A DNA stretch of 60,957 nt from a virus (taxonomy: Duplodnaviria; Caudoviricetes): IMG/VR virus record IMGVR_UViG_3300037785_000059, positions 1 through 60,957 of that record; one strand, 5' to 3'. Positions 34,385-45,539 of this stretch are shown here, piece by piece. The translations under genes were made by a program, and so were the position numbers. The notes beneath the pieces are model-generated. The model saw nothing but the letters and a program-made list of their open reading frames with translations, was not told the DNA's origin and made no database searches. Each line of letters begins with the position of its first letter. Within the stretch, counting starts at the first letter, position 1.

Positions 34385-36246
34385 TGCCTCTGACGGGTCT
34401 CCAGTTCCGGCCGGGAATCAACCGCGAAACGACGTCCTACACCAACGAAGGCGGGTGGCAGGATTGCGACAAGGTGCGCTTCCGCGCGGGTTTCCCGGAG
34501 ACTATCGGCGGCTGGGAGCCCTATACGGGTACGCCAGTTTTGGGCGTGTGCCGCAATCTCCACACCTGGACGACCCTGTCGAACGAAAACTTCGTGGCCG
34601 TGGGCACGCATCTCAAGCACTACCTCGCCAGCGGCGGCGCGCTGTTCGACATCACCCCGATCCGCGAATCGACGGCCGATGGCGCGGTGACGGTCAGCGC
34701 AACGGACGGGTCCACCACCCTGACGGTGTCGGACACGGCACATGGCGCGCTTCTGGGGGACTTCGTGACGTTCCGAAACGCTGTTTCGCTGGGCGGAACC
34801 GTGACGGCGGCTGTCTTGAACGCCGAGCACCAGATCACGCAGATTGTGGACGCAGACACGTATGAGGTCGAGCTGGCGGTCGCTGCCAACGCCTCGGACA
34901 CGGGGAACGGCGGCGCTCTGATGGCGGCCGATTATCAGGTCAACACCGGCCTTTCGGACGCCGCCTTTGGCGACGGCTGGGGCGCAGGCCCGTGGGGCGA
35001 CGGCGGCTGGGGCTCGCCGGCGGATACGTCGGTGCCGGGCGCGCAGCTCCGTCTGTGGGCCGCCGACAATTACGGGGAAGACCTCCTGTTCTGTGTCCGC
35101 AACGGCGGCATCTACTACTGGGACGCTTCTTCGGGGACCGCGGCCCGCGGCGTAGCGATATCGGACCTTCCGGGCGCAAATTTGGCTCCGACGGTGGCCC
35201 GCGTTGTGCTGACGTCCGACCGGGACCGCCATGCTCTGGCGTTTGGGTGTGACGACGAGCTGTCTCCTGGGCAGCAGGATCCTCTGCTGATCCGCTTTTC
35301 CAACCAGGAGAGCGTGACGGATTGGGAGACCCGCGCGGACAACACCGCGGGCAGCCTTCGGATCAGCTCGGGCAGCGGCATCGTCACGGCGGTCAAGACG
35401 CGCCAGCAGGTCGTGGTGTTCACCGACGTTTCCTTGCACGCGCTGCAGTACATCGGACCGCCGTTCACGTTTGGTCTGACGGAGATCTCGGTCAACGTGA
35501 CGATTGCCGGCCCGCAGGCCGCGGCGGCCGTCAACGACCTTGTCTTCTGGATGGGCGAGGGGGACTTCTTCGTCTACGACGGCCGGGTGCGCAAGCTGCC
35601 CTGTTCGGTCAAAGAGTATGTCTTCAACCGGCTGGACATCAGCCAATCTCAGAAGATCACGGCGGCGCACAACCCGGAGTTTTCGGAGGTGTGGTGGTTC
35701 TACCAGTCCTCGGAGGGCAGCGAGAACGACAGCTACGTTGTCTACAACTACGAACAGAACCTCTGGTACTACGGCACACTGTCCCGGACAGCGTGGCAGC
35801 AGCGCGGCATCTTTGGCTACAGCATTGGCGCGGCCCCTGACGGGTATCTGTATTATCACGAGATCGGCATTCGGGACGGGAGCACGAGCCCCGCGCAGGC
35901 GCTTAATGCGTATATTGAGTCGAGCCCGGTCAACATCGGCGAGGGCGACCAGTTCATGTTTGCGGACAGGATCATTCCGGACATCACGTTCCGGAATTCG
36001 CCGGGCAGCCCGACGGTGACGATGACGCTGCGGGCACGGAATTACCCTGGCGACGGGTATTTGACAAAGGAAGAGGACAACCCTGTGACGCGGACGGCGA
36101 CGCTGCCGGTCGAAAAGTTCACGCGGGACATCGACGTGCGCTTGCGCGGACGGGCGGTGTCCTTGCGCGTGGAATCGGATGACCGCGACACGTCTTGGCG
36201 TCTGGGCACGCCGCGCCTGCGCGTTCGGACGGACGGGCGGAGGTAA
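34384..36246 (+). CDS. Tail nozzle / stabilization protein (P22 gp10-like)
   Basis: RPGINRE, DKVRFRAG, IRFSNQE, FWMG, EVWWFY, YVVYNY, WRLG...DGRR. Confidence 0.75.
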   Translation: MPLTGLQFRPGINRETTSYTNEGGWQDCDKVRFRAGFPETIGGWEPYTGTPVLGVCRNLHTWTTLSNENFVAVGTHLKHYLASGGALFDITPIRESTADGAVTVSATDGSTTLTVSDTAHGALLGDFVTFRNAVSLGGTVTAAVLNAEHQITQIVDADTYEVELAVAANASDTGNGGALMAADYQVNTGLSDAAFGDGWGAGPWGDGGWGSPADTSVPGAQLRLWAADNYGEDLLFCVRNGGIYYWDASSGTAARGVAISDLPGANLAPTVARVVLTSDRDRHALAFGCDDELSPGQQDPLLIRFSNQESVTDWETRADNTAGSLRISSGSGIVTAVKTRQQVVVFTDVSLHALQYIGPPFTFGLTEISVNVTIAGPQAAAAVNDLVFWMGEGDFFVYDGRVRKLPCSVKEYVFNRLDISQSQKITAAHNPEFSEVWWFYQSSEGSENDSYVVYNYEQNLWYYGTLSRTAWQQRGIFGYSIGAAPDGYLYYHEIGIRDGSTSPAQALNAYIESSPVNIGEGDQFMFADRIIPDITFRNSPGSPTVTMTLRARNYPGDGYLTKEEDNPVTRTATLPVEKFTRDIDVRLRGRAVSLRVESDDRDTSWRLGTPRLRVRTDGRR

Positions 36247-36248
36247 GC

Positions 36249-37343
36249 GTGTCCCGCAGCGTCCCTGTCCCGTATTTCCCGATCCCGCCGGAGGAATACA
36301 CCCCGCAGTACCAGGCGGAGGTGATCCGGTCGTTTGCGGTCTATGCCCAGCAGATGAACACGCCCGGCCCGTGGCGTGCGACGTCTCTCACGCTGACGCC
36401 GACTGGGGGCGCGACGGCGACGGGCGTCCTGACCTACAACAGCGCGGAGGACACGCTGGACCTGTCGCATCTGAACGGCGTGGTTCAGCAGCTCGGCATT
36501 GAGCAGTACATGCGCGCGACGAATGACACGGGCAGCGCGATCCCCAACGGGACGGTTGTGGGGTTTGCGGGCGTCAACGGCGAAATCAAGATCGCGCCGT
36601 ATATCGCCGACGGCTCGGTCCCGGAGCTGTATTTCGTCGGCGTGGCGACGTTTGACATGGCCGACGGCGACACCGGGATGGTGACGACCTACGGCAAGGT
36701 CCGCGGCCTTGATACGACGGGTCCGGGGGCCGAGACGTGGAGCATCGGGGACATCCTGTATGCCTCCCCGACGACGGCGGGCGGCTTGACGAATGTGCGG
36801 CCGACGGCTCCGGACGTCGTGATCGTGGTGGCGGCCGTACTTACCGTGGACGCCACGGCCGGCGAGATCCTCGTGCGGCCGACGATCCCGATGGGTCTCG
36901 ACTACGGCTCGTTCGACTCGACCAGCACTCAGACGCTGGCCGCGATCAACACGCCGACGGCGGTGACGCTGGGGACCACGCTGTCGTCTAACGGCATCTC
37001 CCTGTCGAGCGGATCGCGGCTCACTGCGGCGCAGGCGGGGTTCTACAACATAGACGTGTCTCTGCAGCTCACCTCCAGCAGCTCCAGCGCCAAGACCCTC
37101 TATTTCTGGCTGCGCCAAGACGGCGCGGATGTGGACGACACCACGCGGGCTATCACAGTGACGCTTAACAGCGGCAGGAGCCCTATTGCGCTGAATTACA
37201 CGATCTCGCTGGAAGCGTCGCAGTATGTTGAACTCTACTGGGCGGCCGACAGCACGGACGTGTCTTTGAGCGCGATCACGGGACTGGCCTTTGCGCCCGA
37301 TGCGCCGTCTGTTCTGATCAACGTCTCGCAGCTCCAGCTCTGA
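36249..37343 (+). CDS. Tail-associated protein
   Basis: GTG start after stop of previous gene; YGSFDST C-terminal beta domain. Confidence 0.65.
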   Translation: MSRSVPVPYFPIPPEEYTPQYQAEVIRSFAVYAQQMNTPGPWRATSLTLTPTGGATATGVLTYNSAEDTLDLSHLNGVVQQLGIEQYMRATNDTGSAIPNGTVVGFAGVNGEIKIAPYIADGSVPELYFVGVATFDMADGDTGMVTTYGKVRGLDTTGPGAETWSIGDILYASPTTAGGLTNVRPTAPDVVIVVAAVLTVDATAGEILVRPTIPMGLDYGSFDSTSTQTLAAINTPTAVTLGTTLSSNGISLSSGSRLTAAQAGFYNIDVSLQLTSSSSSAKTLYFWLRQDGADVDDTTRAITVTLNSGRSPIALNYTISLEASQYVELYWAADSTDVSLSAITGLAFAPDAPSVLINVSQLQL

Positions 37344-37444
37344 CGGAGCCTTGGCTGGAAACTGTTGGCAAGGTCTGATAAAGTTTGCCGTATATATGGC
37401 GGCAACGCTTATAGTCTAATTGCTTTTAGACGCGGTACGAGGGG

Positions 37445-38950
37445 ATGCCCGACATGGCGATGGCCGACGCGACAGATCTCAAGACGCTGCCTGGGGGCGG
37501 GCTCGCGTCTTTCCTGACATCGAACCTCGATGAGGTGGACGACAGCGTCCTCGCCTTTGGACGGCCCGCGGGCATCAATTCGATGCGCGATGTCGCGGAG
37601 CGCATGGCGAAGATGGGCCGCAATGGCGACAGCTTCGTGGTCCACGCGTCGGAGCGCGAGATGATGGTTCCGCGGGAGGTGGTCGAGAAGAACCCCGAGC
37701 TGCGCGCGCAGATCATGCGGAGCATCGCGGAAGAGGGGGCGGACCCCGAAGCCTACATCGTCGGCAGCGACCAGAACTCGATCAACCCCTACACCGGGCA
37801 GCGCGAATTCTTCCTGAAGAAGATCGTCAGCGGCATCAAGAACGTGCTGAAGACGGTGGCCCCGGTGGTTCTGCCAGTGGTCGGCAGTATGATCCTCGGT
37901 CCGGTCTGGGGCGCTGCGGCGGGCAGCGCGCTGAACGCGGCGATTCAGGGCGGGGACGTGAAGGATGTCCTGAAGGCGGGCTTGATCGGCGGCGCGGCCG
38001 GGGGCCTGTACGCGGGCGTGACCGGCGCGTTCCAAGGCGCGCAGTCCGGGATCGGCGCGCTGGCGGGCGCGAAGGCATCGCTGTCTGCGGCGGTCTCGCC
38101 CAGCAATGTGTTCGGCGGCCTCGGTTCGCGGATCTCGGAGAACGGCCTGCTGCGCGCGTATCAGGGTCCGGACTACGCGGCGATGGCTTCGGAGCAAGCG
38201 GCCGCCGCTGCACCGCCCGGCACGCCGGGCGTGGATCGTCCGGTGACGAGCCAAGACATGGCGGCAAGCGGGCAGGAGGGCACCTTTATGGATCGGCTTC
38301 TGGGCCGCACGCCGCAGCCTGCGCCGCTGACGGGCGAAGCGCGGCTCGCGGAGATCGCTCGGCTGCAGGAGGCCTACCCGACTCTGGATCAGGGCACGAT
38401 CATGGCGAACCTGCCGGGCGGTGCGGCCGCGGAAAGCGGCGGCCGGTCGATCCTGCAGCGGTTCGGACCGCAGATCGCGGGCAGCTTGGCGCTCGGTGCG
38501 GCAACAGGGGCGTTCGACCCTGTCCCGACCGAAGCTCCGCCGACGCCCGGATACGACACCACCTCCTCGGATCTTCTGGCCGAGAACCCCGAGCGGTATA
38601 GCGTCGGGGCCTACGGCAGCCCGCAGTATGTGACCGCGTCGGACGTGGTGTATCCGGGTACGAACAACGCGGGCATCGCCGCCCTGCAGACCTACACGCG
38701 CCCGCCGATCCCTGTCACGCCGCTGCGGTTCGCGGCACAGGGCGGTGAGATGTCTTCGTTCCCCCGCCGGAACGGCTACATCTCCGGGCCGGGCACGGAA
38801 ACGTCCGACGACGTTCCGGCCATGCTGTCTGACGGCGAATTTGTGATGACGGCCCGCGCGGTCCGCGGCGCGGGCAACGGGAGCCGGGAGCGCGGCGTGC
38901 GCCGCATGTACGACATGATGCGAATGTTTGAAGGGGGCGTCGCCCGATGA
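37445..38950 (+). CDS. Internal/ejection protein
   Basis: GRNGDS..VH, SINPYTGQREFF, GPGTETSDDVPAMLSDGEFVMTARAV; hydrophobic Gly/Ala segments. Confidence 0.7.
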   Translation: MPDMAMADATDLKTLPGGGLASFLTSNLDEVDDSVLAFGRPAGINSMRDVAERMAKMGRNGDSFVVHASEREMMVPREVVEKNPELRAQIMRSIAEEGADPEAYIVGSDQNSINPYTGQREFFLKKIVSGIKNVLKTVAPVVLPVVGSMILGPVWGAAAGSALNAAIQGGDVKDVLKAGLIGGAAGGLYAGVTGAFQGAQSGIGALAGAKASLSAAVSPSNVFGGLGSRISENGLLRAYQGPDYAAMASEQAAAAAPPGTPGVDRPVTSQDMAASGQEGTFMDRLLGRTPQPAPLTGEARLAEIARLQEAYPTLDQGTIMANLPGGAAAESGGRSILQRFGPQIAGSLALGAATGAFDPVPTEAPPTPGYDTTSSDLLAENPERYSVGAYGSPQYVTASDVVYPGTNNAGIAALQTYTRPPIPVTPLRFAAQGGEMSSFPRRNGYISGPGTETSDDVPAMLSDGEFVMTARAVRGAGNGSRERGVRRMYDMMRMFEGGVAR

Positions 38951-39987
38951 GCGATACGACACAAACGGTCATCAACCGGCAGGATCCGGCGATTGAGGCA
39001 TACCGCCTTGGTCTTCTGGGGGACGTCCAAGAGTTCGTCAAAAACCGCATCGCTTCCGGGGACATGCCCCCGGATTACCAAGTCGCGCAGATGTCTCCGG
39101 CCGAGCTGGCGGGCGTGCAGGCGGCGATGCAGGGCATCGGGGCCTATTCGCCGTTCCTGACGGCCGGTTCTCAGACTATTCAGCAGGGCCAGCAGCTTGC
39201 GGCATCGCAAGCAGCCCCTGCCCTGATGCAAGGCATCGGAGCGGTCCAGCAGGGCATCGGATCTTTGGCGGGCACCGGCGCGGGCTTTGACCCGTCGCAG
39301 ATCCAGCCGTTCATGAACCCCTACGAGGATGCCGCGATTCAACAGGCTCTGTCCGACATCCGGCGGCAGGGCGACATCGCCCAGCAGGGCGTGCGGGCGC
39401 AGGCCGTTGGCGCGGGCGCGTTCGGCGGTTCGCGGACCGCGATTGCCGAGCAGGAGCTTGAGCGCAATGTGATGGACCAGATGGGCCGCACGGCGGCGCA
39501 GATGCGGACGGCGGGCTTTGAATCGGCGGCGAACCGGGCGCAGCAGGCGTTTGAGCAGCAGATGGGCCGCCAGCAGCAGGTGGGCGCTCTGACGGGGCAG
39601 CTTGGTCAGGGCATCGGTTCGATTGCGGGCCAGATCGGCGCACTCGGCGGGCAGCTTGGTCAGCTCGGCATCCAGCAGGCGGGCATCGGCGAGCTGCAGA
39701 CGAACCTCGGGTCGCAGGACATCCAGAACCTGATGACGACCGGCGGCGTCGAGCGGGGCGTCGCGCAGTCCACGGCGGACGCGCAACGGCTCACGAACCT
39801 GCAGCGGTATTCGCAGCCGTACCAGCAGTATGGCTTCCTGTCCGACATCTACTCGGGCATTCCGACGGGCCAGATGGTGACGACGGCCTCGTCGTCGCCG
39901 CAGGTTTCGCCGTTCCAAACGGCCGTCGGCTTGGGTATCAGTGGTCTAAGCGCCGCGGCGGGCGCACAACGTGCGGGGATCATCTAA
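38947..39987 (+). CDS. Gln/Gly-rich DNA transfer (ejection) protein
   Basis: FMNPY, GAFGGSR, QPYQQYGFLSDI motifs. Confidence 0.7.
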   Translation: MSDTTQTVINRQDPAIEAYRLGLLGDVQEFVKNRIASGDMPPDYQVAQMSPAELAGVQAAMQGIGAYSPFLTAGSQTIQQGQQLAASQAAPALMQGIGAVQQGIGSLAGTGAGFDPSQIQPFMNPYEDAAIQQALSDIRRQGDIAQQGVRAQAVGAGAFGGSRTAIAEQELERNVMDQMGRTAAQMRTAGFESAANRAQQAFEQQMGRQQQVGALTGQLGQGIGSIAGQIGALGGQLGQLGIQQAGIGELQTNLGSQDIQNLMTTGGVERGVAQSTADAQRLTNLQRYSQPYQQYGFLSDIYSGIPTGQMVTTASSSPQVSPFQTAVGLGISGLSAAAGAQRAGII

Positions 39988-42251
39988 TGAACGTCATGCA
40001 ACGCCCCCTGTTCCGCCAAGCGGGCGGTCCGGTCGCTCCGCAGATGGCGGGCGTGCAGGATCCGCGGCAGATGGTCCGCCAGGTTGAAGCGCAGACCGCG
40101 CAGCAGGCCGCTCCGATGGGGGCGGCTTTGGCGCAGCAGACGATGTCTGAGCTCGACACGGCGGAAAGCCCGGAGCAGCTCATCAATGCGATGCGGGGCA
40201 ACGCGCGGCCTCTGGAAGAGCGGTATGCCGAGCTGGCGGGCCTTGTGGGGCAGGCGGACGCCGAGCGGACGCCGGAGTCTGTTCTGGCGCTGGTCCAGCC
40301 GACGATGATGATGACCGAGCAGGGCGCTTTGGACAGCGGGATCGGCGAGCTTTTGCAGAACCTGACGGGCGGCGTTGCGATGGAAACGCCGGACGGCGCG
40401 CCGACCGCGATGGGGCAGGGCGTCGGATCGCTTATGATGGCCGGTGCGCCGCAGGACGAGATGGGGGTTGGGCAGCCGCCCGTTGCAAATTTTAGCCGGG
40501 GCGGCGCGGTCCAGCGCTTCCAGACGGGCGGGGAAGCGTCGCGTCTTGGCCAGATCTACTCCGAGATGCTGCCGGTGTATCAGGGGATCCTTGGCGACCC
40601 CGAGGAATCGCGGCGCATGGGCCAAGCGCAAATCCTGTTCGACATTGCCGACCGCGCCGCGGCCTTCGCCGGCGGCGTAGACCCGCGCACGGGGCAGAGC
40701 ATGGCGGGCCGGTCCCCGGCCGCGCAGCTCGGCGCGGCGATCTCTGGCCTGGGCGGCCAGATCGGCCAGCGCGTCGCGGGGATGGAGCAGCAGGACCAGC
40801 AGCTCCGTCTTGCCGCGCTGCAGGCGGCGCAGGGCGAATACAGCGCAGAGCAGGCCGCGGCCCGCGCGGCGGCGGCTCGGGCGAGCGAGCGGGGCATCGG
40901 CAACGCGTTTGAGGCGGTCGATGAGAACGGCAACGTGGTGGCGATGGAATATCTGTCCACGCGGGCCGATCTGGATGCGTTCCGGGAGGCCAATCCGGGG
41001 ACCACGATCCGTCAAGCGCGGCCTCCCGCGGAAACGGTCCTGCGCGAGGTTGGCGGCGACCTGTACAACCTGACGGACCCGAACAACCCCGTTCTTGTCC
41101 TAAGCGGGGCAGGCGAGCGGGATTTGCGCGAGATCGGCGGGTCGTTGGTGGATGTCACTGACCCGGCCAATCCGAATGTCGTTTACACCGCACCCGGTCA
41201 AGCAGAGCTCCGGACCGTGGGCGACGTGCTTTTGAACGTGACGGATCCTGCCGACCCGCAGATCGTCTACGAGGCTCCGGGGTCCGCGGACCGCGACCTG
41301 CGGACGATTGACGGACGCGTGGTTGATTTCACCGACCCTGCCAACCCGACGGTCTTGTATGAGTCTCCGGAGACTGCGGATCTGGGCCGCTTCATCAACA
41401 TTCAAATGCCCGATGGCGAGGTGGTGTCTGTTCGGGAAAACTCGCCGGAGGCTGCGGACCTTATTCAGCAGGACGGGATAATTGTGGCTCAAACGGGCCC
41501 AGTTCGCCAAGACATTCTGACCGATCCCGAGGTTTTGGCAGCGTACGCTGCAGGTGAGGTCGGGCCCGAAGACACCGCGCGCATTCAAGCCGCTATTGCA
41601 GACAACACCCGGTCGGTCTTCAACTCCGAAACGGGCCGCTTTGAGCAGCCCACGATTACGCCCTTGGTGCGCCAAGCCGAAGAGTCTCGCCGCGCCGCGG
41701 GCCTCTCGACGGTGTTGGCGTTCCCGGAAGAAGCAGAGCCTCCCCAAGAGGGGGCCGAGCGCGAACGCGCGCTGGCAGAGCTTGGTGGCGAGGCGTTTGG
41801 TACGTCGGCGTTCTTTGACCAGCTCGCCAACTCGGTGTTTGCCCTTGTCGATGCCGAAGCACCGCGTCCTCAAACGCAGGCGGCCGTTGCGGCGGTCAAC
41901 GCACTGAACCAGGACGCGTTGATTGCGTTCCGCGAGGTCACGGGCGGCCGAACGGCACAGGAAGCGATCAACCAGTTCCAGAGGGTTCTGCCGACGCCCG
42001 CACAGATCAGTGGTAGCCCCAGTTCTGCGGCGGCTCAAATCGAGCAGGTTATCAACCTGTTCAACGCCAACATTGAGTCTCGTCTCCGTTCTCTTTCGAC
42101 GGGCACGGCGTCCCCAGCAGATCGGCAGCGGTTGCAGGAGGGGATCATCAACGGGCAGGCGATGGTCCGGGCCTACGAGGCACTTCTTCGCGGGGTCCGC
42201 GGCGGGCCCACGGGGGCTCCGGTCGATCCCGCACAATTCCGCCGGAGGTAA
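39987..42251 (+). CDS. Internal/ejection protein
   Basis: MNVMQRPLFR start, TPESVLALVQP; four LRxxxxxxxxxTDPxNP repeats. Confidence 0.7.
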   Translation: MNVMQRPLFRQAGGPVAPQMAGVQDPRQMVRQVEAQTAQQAAPMGAALAQQTMSELDTAESPEQLINAMRGNARPLEERYAELAGLVGQADAERTPESVLALVQPTMMMTEQGALDSGIGELLQNLTGGVAMETPDGAPTAMGQGVGSLMMAGAPQDEMGVGQPPVANFSRGGAVQRFQTGGEASRLGQIYSEMLPVYQGILGDPEESRRMGQAQILFDIADRAAAFAGGVDPRTGQSMAGRSPAAQLGAAISGLGGQIGQRVAGMEQQDQQLRLAALQAAQGEYSAEQAAARAAAARASERGIGNAFEAVDENGNVVAMEYLSTRADLDAFREANPGTTIRQARPPAETVLREVGGDLYNLTDPNNPVLVLSGAGERDLREIGGSLVDVTDPANPNVVYTAPGQAELRTVGDVLLNVTDPADPQIVYEAPGSADRDLRTIDGRVVDFTDPANPTVLYESPETADLGRFINIQMPDGEVVSVRENSPEAADLIQQDGIIVAQTGPVRQDILTDPEVLAAYAAGEVGPEDTARIQAAIADNTRSVFNSETGRFEQPTITPLVRQAEESRRAAGLSTVLAFPEEAEPPQEGAERERALAELGGEAFGTSAFFDQLANSVFALVDAEAPRPQTQAAVAAVNALNQDALIAFREVTGGRTAQEAINQFQRVLPTPAQISGSPSSAAAQIEQVINLFNANIESRLRSLSTGTASPADRQRLQEGIINGQAMVRAYEALLRGVRGGPTGAPVDPAQFRRR

Positions 42252-42260
42252 GGGCGCACC

Positions 42261-45200
42261 ATGACGGATATCAGCACAAATCCTCCCGTTGGTCCGACGG
42301 TCGCGGCCGCCGAATCGCTGCGGCCGCTGCGCATTGACTACGACGTCAATGCGGCGCTGGAGGCGGGCCTGACGGCCGCGGACATCGCTGAGTATCTTGC
42401 GTCTGAAATGGACTACGACATCGCGGGCGCGCGCGAAGCGGGTGTCACGAACGACCAGATCATCGGCGAGCTGTCCACGGCCCGCGCGCCGTCCCGAACG
42501 GGCGCGGTGGCTGAGGGCACGCTACGGGGGGCGATTGTGGGCGGCGGTGCATTGGCCGGGGCGGCGACCGGGGCCGTAGCTGGCGCGCCCCTTGGCCCCG
42601 TAGGCAGCTTGGCGGGCGGCACGCTCGGCACGATTGCGGGCCTGTTCGCGGGCACGCAAGCCGAACAGGGCCTTGAGGATCTGGGCGCGCTGCCGACGGG
42701 GCAGGTCGTTCCGGGCCGCCGGCCGTTTCTGGAAGCTGGACGTACGTTTGGCGGCGGCGCGAGCTTTCTTGCGGCTCCGGCGCTGGCCGTGCGCGGCATC
42801 CCCCTGTCCACGACGCGGTTTCTGGAAAACCAAGCGACCCGACGTGGTCTTGAGGCAAGCCGTCTTGGGCCTTTTGACCAGCTTCTCCGGAGCTACCAGC
42901 AGCGTCCGGGCCTGTTTGTGGCGGGGGAAACCGGCGCTCTTGGGGCATCATCCGTTGCAGGCGGCTTGTCGGAAGCGTCCGATCCGGGGAACGCGTATCT
43001 CCGGATGGGCGCTGAGATCCTTGGCGGCATGGCCAATCCTGTCGGGATACTTTCGCGCTTCGCAGCCCCGGCCGCAGACTCTATTCGCAGCAGCCTGCGC
43101 GGCCTGACGCCGGAAGGCCGCGCCAGCCGACTGGGCCGCCGCCTTGTTGAGATCCTAGAGAACGCGGGCGAAGACCCGGAGGCCGTGATCACCGCTCTGA
43201 GGCGGGACGACGATATCGCCGAGCTTGCCGCAGAAATGGGCGTGGACCTCGGCCCGCGGACCGCGGCCCTTCGTTCGGGCAGCCCGACACTAACCACGCT
43301 GCAGCGCACCATCGCCGCGCAGAACAGCGAGACGCTGGGGCCGACCGTTGCGCGGGCCGCGGAGCAGAACCTTGAGGGCATCTCGCGCTTGATCAGCCTG
43401 ATGTCCCAGATGGAAGACCCCGCCGTTCTGGCCACGGCCGCGCAGATGCGGGACGCCTATTTCCGCGAGGCGATACAGATGCGGTTGGACCAAGCGTCGG
43501 CGCAGGCCGCCGAGACGGCGGGCCGCCTCGTCACCGACGATCCTTTGGCCGGGCAACGGGCAGGGGAGGTCGTCGCGTCCATTGTCGGGGATGCGCTGCA
43601 GGACGCGCGGGCGCAGGAGCGTGCCCTGTACCAAGCGGTGGATCTGACGCAGCCGGGCGTGGCCGACAACATCATCGGAACGGTGGCCGAGATCCGGGCC
43701 AACCTCCTGCCGGAATCTCCCTTCCCCTCCCTGATCACGCGGTTCGTGCGCCGTGTGTCGGGCGAGGACGCGGAAGAGGGGCTGGAGGAGGCGGCAGAGG
43801 TCACGCTGCGCGATCTCGTCAACTTCCGGTCGGAGATGCTGTCGATGACCCGCGATGCGCGGGCCCAGGGCAATTTCCGGGACGCGAATTTCTACGGCCG
43901 GATGGCCGAAGCGGCTCTGGAAGACATTGGCCTGCGGGCGGGGGACGGTTTGGACGCAAACCAGCAGGCGCTTCAAAACGCCTATGCGTTCAGCCGCAGC
44001 TTGAACGACGTGTTCACGCGGTCGTTTGCGGGGGATGTCGGCGCGACGCGGCGCACGGGAGCAAACAGGATCCCGCCGGAGCTCTTGGCCAACCGGATCT
44101 TTGGCAGCGGCGGAGACGCCACGTCTCTGCGCATTGCTGATCTGGAAGAGGCCGCACAGTTCATGGCGCAGCAGGCGGGGCCGGAGTTTGCGGAGGTGTC
44201 CCAGCAGCGGCTGGGCACGCTGCGCGATGCGGAGCAGACGATCCTGCGCGTGGCGGCAGAGCGGACGCTGAACCCGGAGACAGGGCAGGTCAACCCGGCG
44301 GCCCTGTCCCGGTTCATGCAGCGCAACGCAGCGACGCTGGAGCGGTTCCCGCAGCTTCGCTCCGACCTTGAAAACGCCGTCACGGCGCAGCAGCGCCTGC
44401 GGTCGGTGATCGAAGAGACTTCGCTGGAGGCCCGGAACCTCGACAACAACCGCGTGTTCAGCGCGCTTCTCGGGGCAGAGGAAACGCCCGGCGGTGCAGT
44501 CGGGCTTGCGATTGGCACGCCTGGGGAAGGTCGTCGTCCGGATGCGGTGCGCAACTTGAACCAGCTTGTGCGGCTTGCGAACACGGCGGGCGACATTGCT
44601 CCGCAAGCGCGGGCAGGCTTGCGCGACGCGGTTCTGGACCGCGCCGTTGTTTATGCGACAAGTCCGGAGGGAAACTTTAGCTTCAACCGCTTCCGCAACT
44701 TCCTTTTGGAGCCTATCTCGCGCAGCCAGCCTTCGGTGGCGGGCGTTCTTCGAGACGGCGGGATCTTCACGGACGCCGAGGTCACGCAGCTCAACCGGCT
44801 TCTGCGGGAGGCCGACCGTGTGCAGGAGGCGATGGATGCGGGCGGCCCGCAACTAGACGAAGTGGTGATCGACGCGCCGGCCGCGGTCTTTGACCTCGTG
44901 ACGCGCATCGCCGGTTCGGCCGTCGGTACGGGCGTCTCGCGCGCCGCGGAGCGCGTCATTCCGGGTTACACCCGCGGCAGCGGGCAGGGCCTGATTGAAG
45001 CGCAGGCCGGTTCGCGGCTCACGCGCAACCTGTTCGAAAACATGCCGCAGACGTATTTCAAGGACATGCTGAACGAGGCGATCAGCAACCCCCAAGTCAT
45101 GGAGGCCCTTCTTCGGCGAGGGGTAAACGAGTCGCCGCGGGCGCGTCGCGTGGTGGATCGCCGGATCAACGCTTTCCTGATCGACGCGGGCCTGCAGCCC

Positions 45201-45539
45201 GCACAAGAAGAGATCGAGGACACGCGGTTCCGTGTTCCGCTGGTCGGCGCAGCCAACGCCGCCACCCCGAATGCGGCCTTGGAGGAATATCTCCAGAGCG
45301 TGCAGCAGCCTGCTCCTGCCCAGCCCGCGACACCGGCCGCCAGTCCCCGGCCGACGAACGCGACACCGGCGGTGGGAGCACCCCCGCCTGCGGTTCCGCG
45401 AGCCGCTCCAGCCGCGCCGCGGGCGGGGGGCCAAGGTGCGAGCTATTCGGCTCTGTTCCCGAACGATCCCATCTCGCCGATGCTCCAGCAGCGCGAGCTG
45501 CAGCAGGGGATCGGAGCGCTGATGCCGGGCCCGCGCTAA
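42261..45539 (+). CDS. Large internal/ejection protein
   Basis: 1092 aa, last structural gene; ends YSALFPNDPIS...GIGAL. Confidence 0.7.
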   Translation: MTDISTNPPVGPTVAAAESLRPLRIDYDVNAALEAGLTAADIAEYLASEMDYDIAGAREAGVTNDQIIGELSTARAPSRTGAVAEGTLRGAIVGGGALAGAATGAVAGAPLGPVGSLAGGTLGTIAGLFAGTQAEQGLEDLGALPTGQVVPGRRPFLEAGRTFGGGASFLAAPALAVRGIPLSTTRFLENQATRRGLEASRLGPFDQLLRSYQQRPGLFVAGETGALGASSVAGGLSEASDPGNAYLRMGAEILGGMANPVGILSRFAAPAADSIRSSLRGLTPEGRASRLGRRLVEILENAGEDPEAVITALRRDDDIAELAAEMGVDLGPRTAALRSGSPTLTTLQRTIAAQNSETLGPTVARAAEQNLEGISRLISLMSQMEDPAVLATAAQMRDAYFREAIQMRLDQASAQAAETAGRLVTDDPLAGQRAGEVVASIVGDALQDARAQERALYQAVDLTQPGVADNIIGTVAEIRANLLPESPFPSLITRFVRRVSGEDAEEGLEEAAEVTLRDLVNFRSEMLSMTRDARAQGNFRDANFYGRMAEAALEDIGLRAGDGLDANQQALQNAYAFSRSLNDVFTRSFAGDVGATRRTGANRIPPELLANRIFGSGGDATSLRIADLEEAAQFMAQQAGPEFAEVSQQRLGTLRDAEQTILRVAAERTLNPETGQVNPAALSRFMQRNAATLERFPQLRSDLENAVTAQQRLRSVIEETSLEARNLDNNRVFSALLGAEETPGGAVGLAIGTPGEGRRPDAVRNLNQLVRLANTAGDIAPQARAGLRDAVLDRAVVYATSPEGNFSFNRFRNFLLEPISRSQPSVAGVLRDGGIFTDAEVTQLNRLLREADRVQEAMDAGGPQLDEVVIDAPAAVFDLVTRIAGSAVGTGVSRAAERVIPGYTRGSGQGLIEAQAGSRLTRNLFENMPQTYFKDMLNEAISNPQVMEALLRRGVNESPRARRVVDRRINAFLIDAGLQPAQEEIEDTRFRVPLVGAANAATPNAALEEYLQSVQQPAPAQPATPAASPRPTNATPAVGAPPPAVPRAAPAAPRAGGQGASYSALFPNDPISPMLQQRELQQGIGALMPGPR

